Source: Takakia lepidozioides
Taxonomy: Eukaryota > Plantae > Bryophyta
Length of the DNA stretch: 64,000 nt
NCBI GenBank assembly: GCA_030704615.1
Contig: CM060731.1
Coordinates: forward strand, 56,358,001 to 56,422,000
Direction: 5' to 3'
The notes beneath the pieces are model-generated. The model was not told the origin of the DNA and did no database searches. It worked only from the letters and a program-made list of their open reading frames with translations. Shown one piece after another: positions 37,266 to 51,489 of this stretch (position 1 is its first letter; each line of letters opens with the position of its first letter). The position numbers were made by a program, and so were the translations under genes.

Positions 37266-40200
37266 GCGTTGAACACAGGTACTATATGCAATATCGTCCC
37301 GGCCCTACCCGTTAGCCAAGGTAGCCAAAGCTGACCTGCCTCGCATCAGTCGCAGATGGACAAATGCAATTAATGTATATGAGAGATCCAACCCAAAAGA
37401 AGCTGAAGCTTGTGGAAACACGGTTTGTTAAAAATTTGTTCATATGTTTATATATTCTGTTGAAATGATTGAGATAGAGATGATGATTAGCGCCGATAGC
37501 CGCATAGTTCTACTTGAACGAGTAGTGTGCCTTGGATTCTCAACGGAATCCAAAGCTGTAAAGTGCAGCATCAGCGGGGATATTTGTTGCAGCAGGGCGT
37601 GTAGGGATCACAGCAAGCACCAAATTCCTGGACACGCCGAGAATGGCCACTGGAGCTATTTGTTGGGATTTTACTCGCGTTTTTGTGAGATCGAGAGAAC
37701 ATTTAGAAAAAACTCATGACACGAATAATTAAAATTGTCAAACTATATATGCTTCTTTTTGTTCTGTTGTGTAACAGTGAGTACATAGTACATCTACACA
37801 CTCTTACTATGACTTGCAACTTCTCAAACTAAAGCTACTTTTGCAAGCAAAAAGTAACGGACAAATTGAACTTGATACAGAACTGAGGTCTGCAAATCCG
37901 CTGCACTCCAACTGGCATCGCAACCACCGCATACAGTGGACGTCACATCACTTGTCTGGTCACGTCTCAAACCACGACCATAACAACCTTGAGCAGCGAA
38001 CAGAATAACGGCGGGATCATGCAAGTGGAAAATGATTTGAGCAAACACACTTGCATTGCACAGTTTTGGCTCCTTGTACTGATCGCTTTTCCTTAAATTC
38101 TTATTATTACAAACGAAATGGAGCCCAAAAACTGCCTTAAGAAGGCGGAAAAAAACAAACCACCAGGGGCTGTGAGGCATAAACCAAGAGTCACTAAAAA
38201 GAAAAGCAGTTGAAAGACAAAGGAACTAACAAGAAGGAGCGGAAAAAATGCGCCGGGAGCTCAGGGAGGGCGAGGACAGGCTAGGAAAGAAACCGAAGCA
38301 GGGGGGTGGGGGGAGGGCCAGAAAACAAGCTAAAAGTAAGCTCAGATAGCTTAACTTTGGAGGATAATGCTTCGCTTTGCTTGCAAAGTGCGGCTCTGTG
38401 GCAATGGCATGTGCCCACATGGACATTGTTTCTATTTTGCATGTTCAGGTAACTTAAAAGAGTGAGGGCGGGGGACTGATGTTGATATGGGCTAATAATC
38501 CAATCTGTTGTGGTGGGCCATCCGAAACTGGTCCTGGATGGCAGGTATGTTGTGGCAGGGCTGGCACATGCCCATTAATGGCAACATGAAGACAGTTGGC
38601 TTTGCAAACCAGTTGCACAACTGAACAGGCCATGTGCAGAGTTGTCCTCTTCTGCATGACACCAGCCGTCTCTACCTCCAACATTTGTCTGCTGTGCAAC
38701 AGAAGATTGGATTAGGTTACCTTTAGTAACTAGATCTTTTCTAGTGGCATATTTGAGGTTTCTATTCATGTGAAGCTGGTTACCAGCCAGTAGCTCAGTT
38801 GGATAGTGCACTAAATACCACACACATGATTCTGGGGTCAAATCCTGCTACATTGTCAGGTGTTGTATGTTCTTCTCCCCCTTCCCTTGGGCGGTGTCCC
38901 ATAAGCAAGCCCTGAGGTTACTGTGAAAGAGACTGGTTATGTTCTCCTCTCACTAAAACTAAGGGGCCTGATTTGTCAGCTGTTGCTCCCAGATATTTCC
39001 CATAAGAAGAAATATACAAGTGAAAATGGTCCAAGTTCCAATTTACATTTTGAAAGGGGCGTGTGCAGAGTCCACTACAGTAAGGTTGAGGCCAGAGAAG
39101 CCATGTAGAGTATAGAGGACCCCTCACCCTGGGAGGGTGACCCTTGGAGAACCGTGTCAGCTCCTGAGCCGGCCCTTCTAGAAAACTCTAGAAGGATGGC
39201 CCCACCGCCTCATTTTCTTTCCTACTAACACATGCCCTCACTAATAAACCGTTCATACACTCCCTCCAGGCTCCATTGGCTACTTCATTTTGTGTCTTTT
39301 TCTGACCTTCAGAATTAACAATAGTTGGGACCCTGATTTTCTCAATTCAGAGTATGTTCCTGGACGTATATTCCGCATCCATCCCTATCTTGACTGGGAT
39401 TTTGACACCCTTTGTAAGTAATGGTTTGGGGACTGTCTACGGGCCTCACGTTGTTCACTCTTCCTTTTGGGGGGGGGTTGGAAATGTGCATAGATGGAAT
39501 GCATAGACCAGGAATGCATATAGAACCCAAGGGAAAAAATGATCAATGAGGTGTACATCAAGAGATTTGGGCCCCCCCAAAACTGAAAAAATATCACTAA
39601 GGTGTGGTAAGCCAAGAACCTTGTCAAGAAAGTAGAAAGCCAAATGTAAACATAAACTACAGACTTAAGCGTCTGGAGGAGCTTGCTGGAGAAACACGGG
39701 AAAAGAGTGGTCCTCTCCAAATCCACACTTAAGCTAAAGCCTGGTTCTATGAGGCTCACTCGCTATTAAGGTGGGCCTTAGCGTTTCTATTCATGCGGAG
39801 CCTCCAGTTTAGGTCAATGCCAAACCCTATCTCCCAGCTATGGCTAGGGTAATGCAAAACAGAAATGGCACTCCTCGCTTACTCGGCCTATTACCAGTCG
39901 TTAGTTGGGTGTTACGTGCTTCTAGCCACATTAGGTCCTTATTGTGCGCAAACTTCGCCTAGGGTTCAGATTTCCCTTTCCTCCACCTGTTCAACCATTT
40001 TGGAGACAATATGTACCCCAATCGTTCCAAAAATAAATTCAAGCAAAAGGGCCAGGACATCTAGCAAGCTGACTCAACCAGCGTGGCTATTTGCATTGGG
40101 CCCACATGGCTATTGCATGTGGGGCCCACATGGAGTGCATGCGATAGCCACCAGTGAAGGTTCTAGTGCCGAAGGTTTTGGTGCCCAAAGGTAGATCTAC

Positions 40201-43200
40201 GTCCGCCGGCGAGTTGGGGAATGAGGCTATAGCCAAGAGAGAGTGGTGAGAGAGAGAGCCCAAAGTGGGACCTCAGGCAAGGACAGAGGGTGTAGGATTG
40301 AGGGTTGAGATTTGAAGGTCGCACGGTCACTGCGGGATTAGAGGTGGGAAGTCTAGAAAGATGGTGTAGAGGTTGCCAAGTGACTGCACTGCTCTGATTG
40401 TGCTTATGAGGAGGTATGCAGTTATAAAGATGGAGGAGTGGGCCCAGGTCTACGTGCAGACTGCAGACAAGGAGATGGAAGGATGTTGGAAGACAATGGT
40501 TTACTTGGGGCGGAAGGGTTGGTTGGTACTGTGCTGATCCGCACGACATGACTTGAGGGATGTACTGTAAGTAAGCAGAACCAAGTGTATTGCGTGCATT
40601 GAATGGTTTCCGGCTGCCGATGAAGAATATATACAACCTAGTAGTAGAGAGTAGTTAAGATAAAATTGCAGGGCGCTATGGCCCCCCTTCTACCTGGAGA
40701 CAAGTCTATGGGTTCATAGACTTGAAGCACAAGGCGTGGCGTACGAGTTACTACTGATCCACGGGTGAGGTCTGTAGTCCCCTTGCTTATTACATGCGCT
40801 GTAAAGACTGTTGATATAACGACGAACTGACGAGGTTTTATGCCGACTTGTTTTTTTTTTTTTTTTTTTCTTAGAACAGGGGGATAGTAGCCCTGTAAAT
40901 TTATTAAAAAGGAGGTGAGGAAAAAATAACCTTACAGAGAGCCATAAGGCTGATGATTGAGATACCACTCTGAGCCCACAGATCTAAAGGGGGGAGATAA
41001 AGTGGACAAAGCTAAGGCATGGCAGAAGAGCCAAGCATCAACTTTTGTGGGGAGCTCCACTCCATCAGCAGGGCCTGAGTTGGAGCCATAAACTAACTAC
41101 ACCATATTGTAGCAAGACAACTATGGCAAGAAAGAAAATGTAACCAATAACCCTAGCAGCAGGGAGGAGAACAAGAAGCATAGATCAAGAAAGGGGTATC
41201 CTGGCCCTAGTCTGACTGACCAAAGAAATGATCAAATCTTCCAAAAAGGAAGGTAGGGAACTAGAATCCTTCTCGTAATCAAGAGGAACCCCGCTTCCTT
41301 TTGGGATTCTCAAATGATAACTGCGCCTTAGATTTTGCCGTGCTAAGACTTCTTTTGTGCCTCCAATTCACTTCTACTTCTTCAAATTCGAGGGGGGACC
41401 GTTTGGCTCCTATGGAGCTGCCAGCAGGGTAGGAGGTCTTCGAACCACTGAACTCTTGACTCTGAAATCCGTCTGCAAAAGAACCCTCCCCTCCCCCACG
41501 AGCTGTCAAATGCTGCAACGAGCTGGTTTCTCCTTCTGTTATTACATTTGGAAAGAGCTGCCACCAAAACATCCCATGCCTTGCGAGCCTCAGACAACAT
41601 GTCTGAGTGAACTAAGAACAAAAGTTTCTGCAAACAGGGAATTGAATTTTGGAAGAGGGTAGAGCATCTCATTTTCCAGATATGCCAGAGAGTGATGCCT
41701 CTAAGAGCAACCCAAACAGGGCAAGAGCAGAAGGATCTGCCATCCTTGATATTGAGAAGAAGAGCAGAAATGGGATATATGAGATCCCTGTCCCAAGAAG
41801 AATAAAGGGAGATAGCATGAGCCCAAACTAAACCAGCAAATGGGCAGGACACTAGGCAATGTTCCAGATCCTCAGGGGCGTTTCTATTGCATGTGGCACA
41901 TTTCAAAGGAGGGTCAGAGATGTAGTGTCCAACTGGAATTATACGATTGGCGATTTTCCAAAGAAAGGCAGACACTTTGGAAGATCTCTGCTTTCTCCAT
42001 ATGTCTGCCCATACCAGTTTCCATTGAATCGGTTGTCCGCCAAGGTGAGCCCATTTGTTTGACCATTTCCTGTCAAAGGTTTGATTGGGCATCAGTAGAG
42101 AATATCCTATCTTAACCGTGTAAGAGAAGAAGTGATCCTTGTTTTTGCTCATCCAATGCCACTTTCCTGGGTCAAACTGCAATTGACCGACAGGAGCTGA
42201 TAGGAACCAAACGAAGAAGCCACTGTAAAGATGGAGCTCAAGCGGGGGGGTGGGATCAGCTTTACCAGAAATTGAGCAGAATACTCTAATGTCATAGCAG
42301 TCCGACCTGGCAGGAAGCTCGAAAGGCTGGGGATTAAGGAGAAGACCATCACTTGCCACACTGAATCTTGTACCAAAAATGTGGTTAAGATCAATGGATG
42401 TGGCATATAGCGCAAATTTCTCCGAAGTCTGGGAGAATCCCAGCCATCTAGGAATAGATCTCAAGTGTCGATTTGCCAACAACTGAGTCCAGATGGGGGG
42501 GAGGTCTTCCAAAATTGTGCCCCAACCAGAAGCCACTCTTCTTTGGGAGAACCCTGCTGCTGCTTCTTCCATGGAAATAGGCAAACTAGAATCTTGGTTC
42601 CAAAAATGCAGCATGTGCAACAAACCTGTTGCTTCCCAATGAGACCATCTTTCAAAACAGTACACCAAGGTCTCAGAGTCCCTGTTGAAGTTTCCAAAAA
42701 GAGGCTGTCTGATTACTTCATCATAGGAGGTGGGTTGCAGCTGATAGAGGGAATCACAGAGCCTACACCAGGAAATCCATATCGATTGCCAAGCTTTGGA
42801 TCCAACAGCAAGTCTGGCGTTCGTTTTTCCTCCTTGCACAGTCCATCTTAGGGATGGAGGCCGACACGAGCTTGTTTTAGGCTCCGCTCCCATCAAATGA
42901 TGCCTCACCAATTTACTCCAGGGACTGGATAAGTTGGTGAAAACCCTCGGCACCCATTTAGCCAGCAATGCTGTTATCTGTGACTCTGGATCAAGCACTC
43001 CAAGACCACCATGTTTTTTTCCCTGGCAGATCTGAGCCCAACTAACAAGTGCTCTTTTATTAGATGCAGCATTCGTGGCACCCCAGATAAAATTCCGAGT
43101 CAGAGATTTGAGCTTCTTGATAAAGGATGCCCCGGGTGACCATACAGAGGAGGTGAACCAAGAGGAAGCCAACAATATTTGATTGGCCACCAAGGCTCTC

Positions 43201-46104
43201 CCAACCACCGTAAGGTGAAGTGAACTCCAGTATGCAAATCTTCTTTTCAGCTTAATTAGAACAGCTTGTACCATGCTGTCATCTGAGATGTCAATCCCAA
43301 TCTGATGTCCCAGAGATTCATGGGTCTGGCCCTCAGCAAGCCACTTTAACCCCAAGTCATCTCCCCATGGATCACAATGTTTCAGAATGGCATTTGCTGG
43401 CAGCTGGCTGAGAAGGCCGATAGATTTGCCCTAGTTTATCTGCAAGCCAGAAGCTTCACAAAAGCTATTAAGGGAGCTAAGAGTGGAGGAGACATTGGCA
43501 AAGGACCTATTATCTATGTACAAGGTAGTGTCGTTAGCATAGAGAGAAGATCTAATGGAGGTAGAGGGGTCCAGAGATGGGGAGTGAGGGATAATGAGAC
43601 CAACGGAATCATTTCTCTTATCCATTAAGTGTCCAAGCTCGTCTACAGCAATGAGGAAGAGGAACTGCCTAACAGATTTAAAGAGCTGAAAAGAATTGGA
43701 GAGGGTACCATTGATGATAACTCTACAGGAGGCCGAAGTAAGGAGGATATGTATCCAAGACAGGAAACTCCCATTGATACCAATGGCTTTTAGGGCCCCC
43801 AACAGATATGTCCAGTTGATATTGTCGAAAGCTTTCTGGAAATCCAGTATAAGCAAAGCCAGGGGTTGCTGATTCGAATGAGCTACATGCAAGGCCTCAT
43901 TAGTGAGGAGGATGTTGTCCAAAATCATCCTGTACTTTAGGAAGCCAGTTTGCTCCGGCCTTATGAGCTTGGAGAGGAGCGGTTGCAAACGCAGGGCAAG
44001 CGCATTTGCCAAGATTTTGTAGGTGGAGTTTAAAAGAGTGATAGAGTTGTAGTTGGAGAGATTGTCCCTGTCCCCCTTCTTATAAATGAGAGTGAACACT
44101 CCCTGTGACATTTGGGAGGGCATGATGCCTTTCTGAAGGACATCGTTGGCCATATTTAGGAAATCATCAGCGATGCACTCCCACATACTCTTGAAGAATT
44201 CCACTGGTAGCCCATCCAGCCCCGGTGTCTTCATCGAGCTCAATGATTCCATGGTCTGCTGCAACTCTTCAGTAGAAAAGGGCTTGGAGAGCAAGGCTTG
44301 TTCTGCTGCCGATAGCAAGGAGGGGAAAGAACTGAGCACCTCCTCTCTGGAAGACTGCGCAAGAGCCGAGTCATCATGTTTTGAGAAGAGAGCCGCGAAA
44401 TGCGCAGCCGCTGCTGAAGCCATTTCTTTGGGACTGTCAATACTGAGACCACTAGGGCCAGCAATGCAGGTGATGAAAGTGCCTTCCCTCCTTTGCATTG
44501 CCTTTTGGAAGAAGTAAGAATTCATTTTCTCACCTTTCAAGGACCAGTTGACCCCCGCCCTAGATCTCAGGAATTTATCCGAATCAGCCAACAAGACCCC
44601 CAGATTTTGCTTGGCAGCTAGGTATCTTTCCATAATGGCAGGGTTTGTGACACCTATTTCCAGTCTTTTTTAACAGTGTGTGAGACACTTTGTCAAGGCT
44701 TTGAGCCGATGAGATCTTTCCTAGCCAGGGATCTTGATAATGACTGAGCCAACTCTCTTGTGGCCTGCAGCTTGTGAAGGAAGACCACTGTTGGAGAAGT
44801 GAAGTTGTTCCCCGAATTCTGCCACATTTCTTTCAACAACATGATGTGCTCTTCTTTCTTCAGAACTGTTGTGTTCAGCTTAATGTACCCCCGACCTCTA
44901 CCGTGCACTCCGGGTGGGGTAAAAGCCACAGCCACCGACGCATGGTCGAAGTCTGGCAAAATTGGAGCTTGTGGGAGACACTGTTGACCAAGACAGGGGG
45001 GATGCGAGCAATACACTCTATCCAGGCGAGCCATGCTCAAGTTTGGTGGCTGCCTGAAATTGGACCAGGTGAAGTTCAAGCCTAGTGCAGAGTCCAAGAC
45101 AGCATCAGTCAACCCAACGGAGAAGCATAGCCTGTCCCAGGCCACCTGCTCAACATCTGACAGGAAATGAGATGAGTGCGCAAGCCGATCGGAAAAACTA
45201 TCCACCATGTTGAAGTCTCCCGCTATGATCCAATTAGTAACCAGGGGAAGGTTGACGATCTTGTCCTTGACTGAATCCCACAAGGCAGCTCTCGCCAGGG
45301 AAGAGTTAGGTGCGATGCTCAGCTGCTGTGACTCCTCAAAATCACTAACATTTAGGGAGCCTATGTATGAACCGAAATGAGCCCCTATCTCGGGTAAAGA
45401 TCTCAAATAGTTCCCAGGCAGAAAAGGCAAGGCTATGATCCTTGGCTTGCAAATGACACCTAATCTGTGTCCCCAATGAGCTGACCAAGGGAATATGTGC
45501 ACTCTAAACCTTGATTTCCTAACATTGAACTTTAGGGTTTTGGTAGCATCCTCAGTAGAACTAAACACGATCGAGAAGAACCCTCTACCCTGGGGGTGAC
45601 AAAAATGAGGGGTGAGGCCACCCGTAGTCCCAAGGTGTTCAATGGTCCATGTTCTCGCCCAATGCTTGTCTCTAACCCTCCCTGGAAAGTACAACAAGAT
45701 CCCTTGTTCTGATAGCAGCTTAGTGTGCTCCTTAATGACATTCATGTTGAGACTTAAAATTGGTTGATCTTCGGAGGATTTTGCAGCAGCCTCGCTCCAG
45801 GTCTCAAGCTGTCTTTTCGGGGGAGAAGAGAATGGGGCTGCACCGAGCAAACGAGGTTAGCTATTTCATGAGCATGAGCGGCATGAGTGGCATGAGCGGA
45901 GTAGTAAGACAATCGGTTTTCATGAGTAGAAGTACAAATTCTGCAAATAAAAAACATTAAAAAAATTATTTTAATGGGATGTGTCAAAAAAAAAAAAAAA
46001 AAAACCAATATAATATTCATTGTTTGAAGTAGAAATTGTAGTTTTGAGAGCCGTGCTCATGATATTTCATTTTCCGCTCATGCGAATTCCGAGCGACATC
46101 TGCA

Positions 46105-46420
46105 AAAATGGCGCCGAATTTCGCGGTAATAGATTCCGCAAGCAGAAAAATCGGCGACGTATTGCGCGGTAATAGGTGACTCCGGCAAAAAATGGTGCCG
46201 AATTTCGCGGTTATAGGTCCCAACTTCATTGAAGTGTAAGCCCAAAATTTGGAAATGTGGCGCCGAATTTCGGTACATGATGTCGGGCATTGCACAAATG
46301 TTGGGCAGTTCTGGGGCATGTAACTGGAAATTCGGCGCCATTTTTCCAGACATCGTCTCCAGACAATGTTAGGACTTAGCCAGTTTTCGGCCCAAAAAAA
46401 GGAAATTCGGCACCATTTTT
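46105..46420. repeat. Subterminal cluster of GGCGCCGAATTTC-type motifs in both orientations
   Basis: Motif or variants at ~46110, 46193, 46259, 46327 (rc) and 46401 (rc). Confidence 0.8.
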
Positions 46421-46698
46421 CCAGAAATGGCCCCCTCAACTGCAACTGTTGGAACTCAGTTTTCTGGAAGATTTGCAAATTTTTCCTGCCGCCATCTTTG
46501 TATTGATTCTGTTTCGACATTGAATTGCCACTGGACGTCAACGGATATCCAACAGTCCCTAGTGTTTAAAAGACATCACTTTAATATTGTCTGTCTCATT
46601 CCAGGAGTTTTGGGGTGCAATTCATTACACTGCAAAACAAAGTCTAATGCATAAAAATGCAATTGCAAATATCCATATGGTGGAATCCCTATTCCCCA

Positions 46699-49600
46699 TC
46701 AATGATTTCTGGAATCCCGGCGGAGGAGTTTGTGCAGCTTGTTCACGCTCAACGCTGGTGCATGAATAAAGTCATCAATAGTCAAGTTCATCCTCAACCT
46801 CTTCAGATAAATGTAGTACAGATGCTTGCACGGATAATACTTTGACCCCTTATTTGCTTCCATCAACGAGAAGTCCGTACAATTGCAAGTCGGCTCCACT
46901 CCAATCGTAATTGTGTATACGTCGTCGCGTACAGCTAAGCCGGCCGTCGCCATCCGATAAACACGCCCAAGGCCGGGTGGGGGTACGTCCACGGAGCTCT
47001 GAATAGTGCAAGCCATCCCAAGAGCATTAGCAATCCGAGTCTCATTCAACTTGTTGGGAGGGTGTCGTCTCTTCACTCTTCCGAATTGCATTGTGGGATG
47101 TGCAGAATTGTCCAATCCGTCTCTACTGGACGGAGCAGCCTGCAATGGCTGGGTCTGAGGAACTGGAAACAAGTGGGCCGGGACGTCTGTGCGTTGCATC
47201 ATTCGAAATCCTGCTGCAGAAATAGCATCCGCCTCATTCTGAGAGAGGTTGCAACCCGGTGCAACAGGCCAGACGCCCGGAGGCTCCGGCATTCCCTAAA
47301 TCCCGTACTTGGGCTTGCCAAATACACAGGTCATTATGTCGTGCCTACAGAACCAAAACATCTGCGTTGTGGCGTGAGAGAATGTGGGAGTCAAAAATCT
47401 GCCGCTGAAACAAGGTGCAGGTACAACACCGTGTGGGTTCCTTCGAATCATCTCACCACAGCGTGCTCTCGTATCCACCCGGATGGCGCAACACTTCCCT
47501 CGAAATGCCGGCAATGTCCTTGTTATTCTCCACTGTGACTCCGACACTCTTGTCTCCACAATGGGTATGTTGTACTGCGTTACTACAGATGGCTCGTTAT
47601 GTTCCTCGGGCACGTGCCATGTGCTCAAAGGAGATGGCGATCTTGAACGTGCAGGACTTGCGGTGCTCGACGAGACCTCCTCGGGCAACATCACGGGACC
47701 ACGAGGGAGCGTGCGAATATTCTTGTCAGCTCGCCATGAATCCTCTTCTCCGCCAGGTGCCTCGTCAAGTCTTCGTCTCACTGGACGGGTGTGAACATCT
47801 CCTTCTAAGTGTTGGCCTCTTCGAAGCAATGGCGTGTCCCGAAGGCCCTCTCGCAAGGCTGCCGCCCACTTGCGAGGATTCTTCGATCTCGATGCAGTCC
47901 GCATCAGCATTTTCTGTCTGTCCGGCCCCAAGCCTCACTGTTTCTCTTTCAAGAACTCGTTGTACCTGCATTGTTACATAATTGACCTGACAATGTTCTC
48001 CGTTGTGGCAATGAGGATGTCCACCAGATGCGCCGCAGAGGAGGCACGCCAGGAAGAATGTACTGATTCGGCCATGTTTGTTGTCGGCATGTCGGTGTCG
48101 GAGTCCAGACACATTTCCTGCACATGCACATGTTCAGGTTGCAAGCAAGTTACAAAGAACGAGTAGCATAATATTCAACGTGACGCGAATTCGTCCAACT
48201 CACCTCCCGCATATAGTCGCCGAACTGGAGGAACGATAATGCCACCATGCTAGCCAACTGACCATTGCTCCCTCGTTTGATTTCTTTACAGCACCTGACG
48301 TTCTCCACCAAGCCCGTATACATGCAAATTGGGTCTCTGCATCATCCAAGAAGGGAGCACGTTTCCACGCAAGACACATGGAACGGTGCTCCTCTCTGAA
48401 ATCTGGCGCCACGAGCCGGGTTGTGTACTGCGACAAGCTCTGCAAAAAATGGAACCCACAAGATCTCTCTTTGCTTTCCATCGGAACATTGGGGTCTTCC
48501 CCGTACACCCTTCGGATGGCAGCCCAATTTGCTTGTGCGTTATCCGCCATGAAACCACGGAAATTGGGAGGGGGCAATCCCGCCCTGGCCATCTGTTCGT
48601 TTATTCCCTGCCAAAGAAGCATCTCCGATTGTGTGTCATCTCCTTTCATCTCACAAATAGCAATTGTCATTAGCATCCTGCAGTGGGTGTCGTAGACATG
48701 TGCAGCCATTGTCACCAACTGGCGATTTGTAATTCACTTGATATGGTCGAACATGACCCAACTGTTTGACAAGTCCCCACTCGTCATCCGGTCGACCAGT
48801 TCGACGCCGCTGCCAGGCCCACACGTGGACATTTTGAATACGAAACAACGATCTGCCTCAGTCCCTTGTCCTGGAAACCTACTTCCATGAATGTAGTCGT
48901 ATCCACATCGTCGCTTCATCTCCAGAATGGAGTGCATATCCGAGCCATGCCCAATTTTCTGTTTACAAGAGACAATGTGGTTTCGGACATTCGGTGAACA
49001 GACGTGGGACACCGACTCCAACAATGCCTCCATTTCCTTCTCATCGAGAGGAACTCTGTTGGAGCCGTCTTCCGACATAATTCTGGCCAATGCCATCTTA
49101 TGGGCGGCCTGCAGCTGTATCTGTTTGGGTTTGGCACCAGGTCTCAACCTAACCTCCTCCTGAACGAGCTGCTCTGCCTCGTGGGCAGCCTCCCGCGAGT
49201 TCCCCCTCGCCAATTTGTGACAATGGGAACCAACGTGTATACAAGCTCGTATGAGGTCAGGGAAACGGTGCAACACATAGAACTGCTTGGCATTACAAAC
49301 AGACATGCAATGTGGTGATTCTTTGCAATGCGCACACTTAAATGTGGAGTTTGGAACCTTCTCCTGAGCTCGAAATGGTTGATGATCTGTGCCTGTCCAA
49401 TCCGTCTCGTTCCTGTGACCTCTGGATTTAAAGTGGAAGCAAGTTGGGGAGAAACACCGCAACGCGCCCGCACAAACAACGTAACGCACCCGCACACCAT
49501 CGAGCATCTTTATGCTGGTGGTTTTGGTGACGCACCAAGGATGGCCGTCATGTTTCCTATCCATATCTGTCAACATTTCGGACGCCCTCGAATAGTCCGT

Positions 49601-50290
49601 TCGAGGAGGGAACTCAAAGAACATATTACCGTCGATGTCTGCGGGAAGGCTTGTAACGGATTTAATGGCGAACTTGCTGTAGTCCAGCCCAGCCAGCTCC
49701 GAGCAGTGTCCCTCTATGTGAAGCCCTCGCAGAATTTCAAGAATGGATCGAACTGCTGTGTTCGTGCTAGGAATATGACTCCCTCGTCCACTGATGTCTG
49801 TTGAGGACTTGCCTGATCTCCAGGATGATCTCGAAACTTCCATGATCTCATCGGAGTCGGACAGGTTGTGAACAACCCTATTCTCGCTCGTCTTCATTGA
49901 TGGGTTCGGCTCTGAATTTACTTCGTTGCGGACTTCTCTCTTTGAGGTACCCACTCTCTGATTCGCTGATTGTTTCGTGGAAGGTGGCAGGATAGAAGGC
50001 GCATTTGGGGGGCAAATGAAGTCCCCAACAACCCTGTATATGACGCTGTCCAATGGTGGAACTTGTCATTCCCTGTCGTCGCCGAAATCATCGTGGAGCA
50101 CAACAATACTTTCGACTACAACTCCGTTTGAATCCTTCCTTTCTTCCTCCAAAAATACCGACCCGGGTTTCAGGTGGTATCGAACGCAGAGATATTTCTC
50201 CATCACCCGGCAGATCTCCCCTCTGCACGGAAATGTAGCTCTATGCTCGTGAGGAGGGCAGTACACTATAACGCTCGGGTTTTCTGCCAT
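46699..50290 (-). pseudogene. MULE transposase (GCM/WRKY-like Zn domain, DDE core, SWIM finger), inactivated
   Basis: Zn domain DGHPW...CAGALRCFSPTC...CAHC...C...HVGSHCH. Catalytic core VMFDHIK*, FMADNAQA, SCGFH and PTTNMAESVH (exon starting ~48118, found by manual translation). SWIM finger CNCTDF...PCKH. In-frame stops at 50066, 48734, ~47977, ~47935 and 47296, one frameshift near 48230, and an intron at ~48119-48203. Confidence 0.9.
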
Positions 50291-50704
50291 GGGAGTTATG
50301 CACACAAGACTGCTAGGACGACATTCGAACAAGCGCCCTGGGAGAAGGGGGGATGCAGCGAGGGGAAGGAATGCAGGGCCAATTTTTGCAAGCGACAAAG
50401 CCTATTCATGAATCCGGGGAGCCCACTCTCCCGAAAATCCACTGTCAGAGAGTTAATGAACCTTGTCTGTGGAATGCGGCCCCTGGCCTTTGTGCAATAA
50501 CTGCCAACGGTATGCAGTCAGAAGGTATATGACCTGTGCAGATGCGCTGCGCAAACCAATCATTACGGCGTCTGACAAGAAGCGTGGGGGCGTGAGCGTG
50601 CAAGCACCTTCCCCATGGACAGAGGGAACTGACAGAGGTGGCATTCCAGTGGGTCTGATTACAAGATTGAGTGCCAGAACCTCGCCGCCAAAAGTAAACA
50701 TACA

Positions 50705-51240
50705 ACAGCGGCGCCGAATTTGCATCCGAGGCCGGTCGGACGATTTCGTCTCCAGGGTGAGTCGGTCACCTGGCCGACAGAGAACATCACCCGGATGGAA
50801 AAACGGCGCCGAATTTCCATCCGAGGCCCATTGGATGAAGTCGTTTCGGGGGGAGAGGCCGACACCTGGCCGACAGAGAACATCCCCCGGATGGAAAAAC
50901 GGCGCCGAATTTCCATCCGAGGCCCGTTGGATGAAGTCGTCTCGGGGGGAGAGGCCGACACCTGGCCGACTGAGATCATCCCCCGGATGGAAAAACGGCG
51001 CCGAATTTCCATCGGAGGCCGACACCTGGCCGACAGAGAACATCCCCCGGATGGAAAAACGGCGCCGAATTTCCATCGGAGGCCGACACCTGGCCGAAAG
51101 AGAATATCCCCCGGATGGAAAAACGGCACCGAATTTCCATCGGAGGCCGGCCGGATGAAGTCGTTTTGGGGGGAGAGGCCGACACCTGGTCGACTGAGAT
51201 CATCCCCCGGATGGAAAAACGGCGCCGAATTTCCATCCGT
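50705..51240. repeat. Tandem array with 96/64-bp units and core CCCGGATGGAAAAACGGCGCCGAATTTCCATC
   Basis: GGCGCC cores at 50710, 50805, 50901, 50997, 51061, 51125 (GGCACC) and 51221. Confidence 0.95.
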
Positions 51241-51489
51241 CCGCGCTCTGAATTACCTGCAGGATGGAAATTCGACGCCGACTTTCCATCCGAGGCCCGT
51301 AAGATGAAGCCCGTATCGGCACTTCTTCAACAACTTATAGTCGTTGCATCAAGTTTTTCGCGTTTTTTTGTATGGCTACACACTAAACTAGTAGTTTTTT
51401 GCCTAAATGCCACATTTCGCACGTTATTCCCACCATTCTGGTCCGCTAAAGACAAATTCGTTGTCGGTTTTCCATCGATGAGGTGGACC

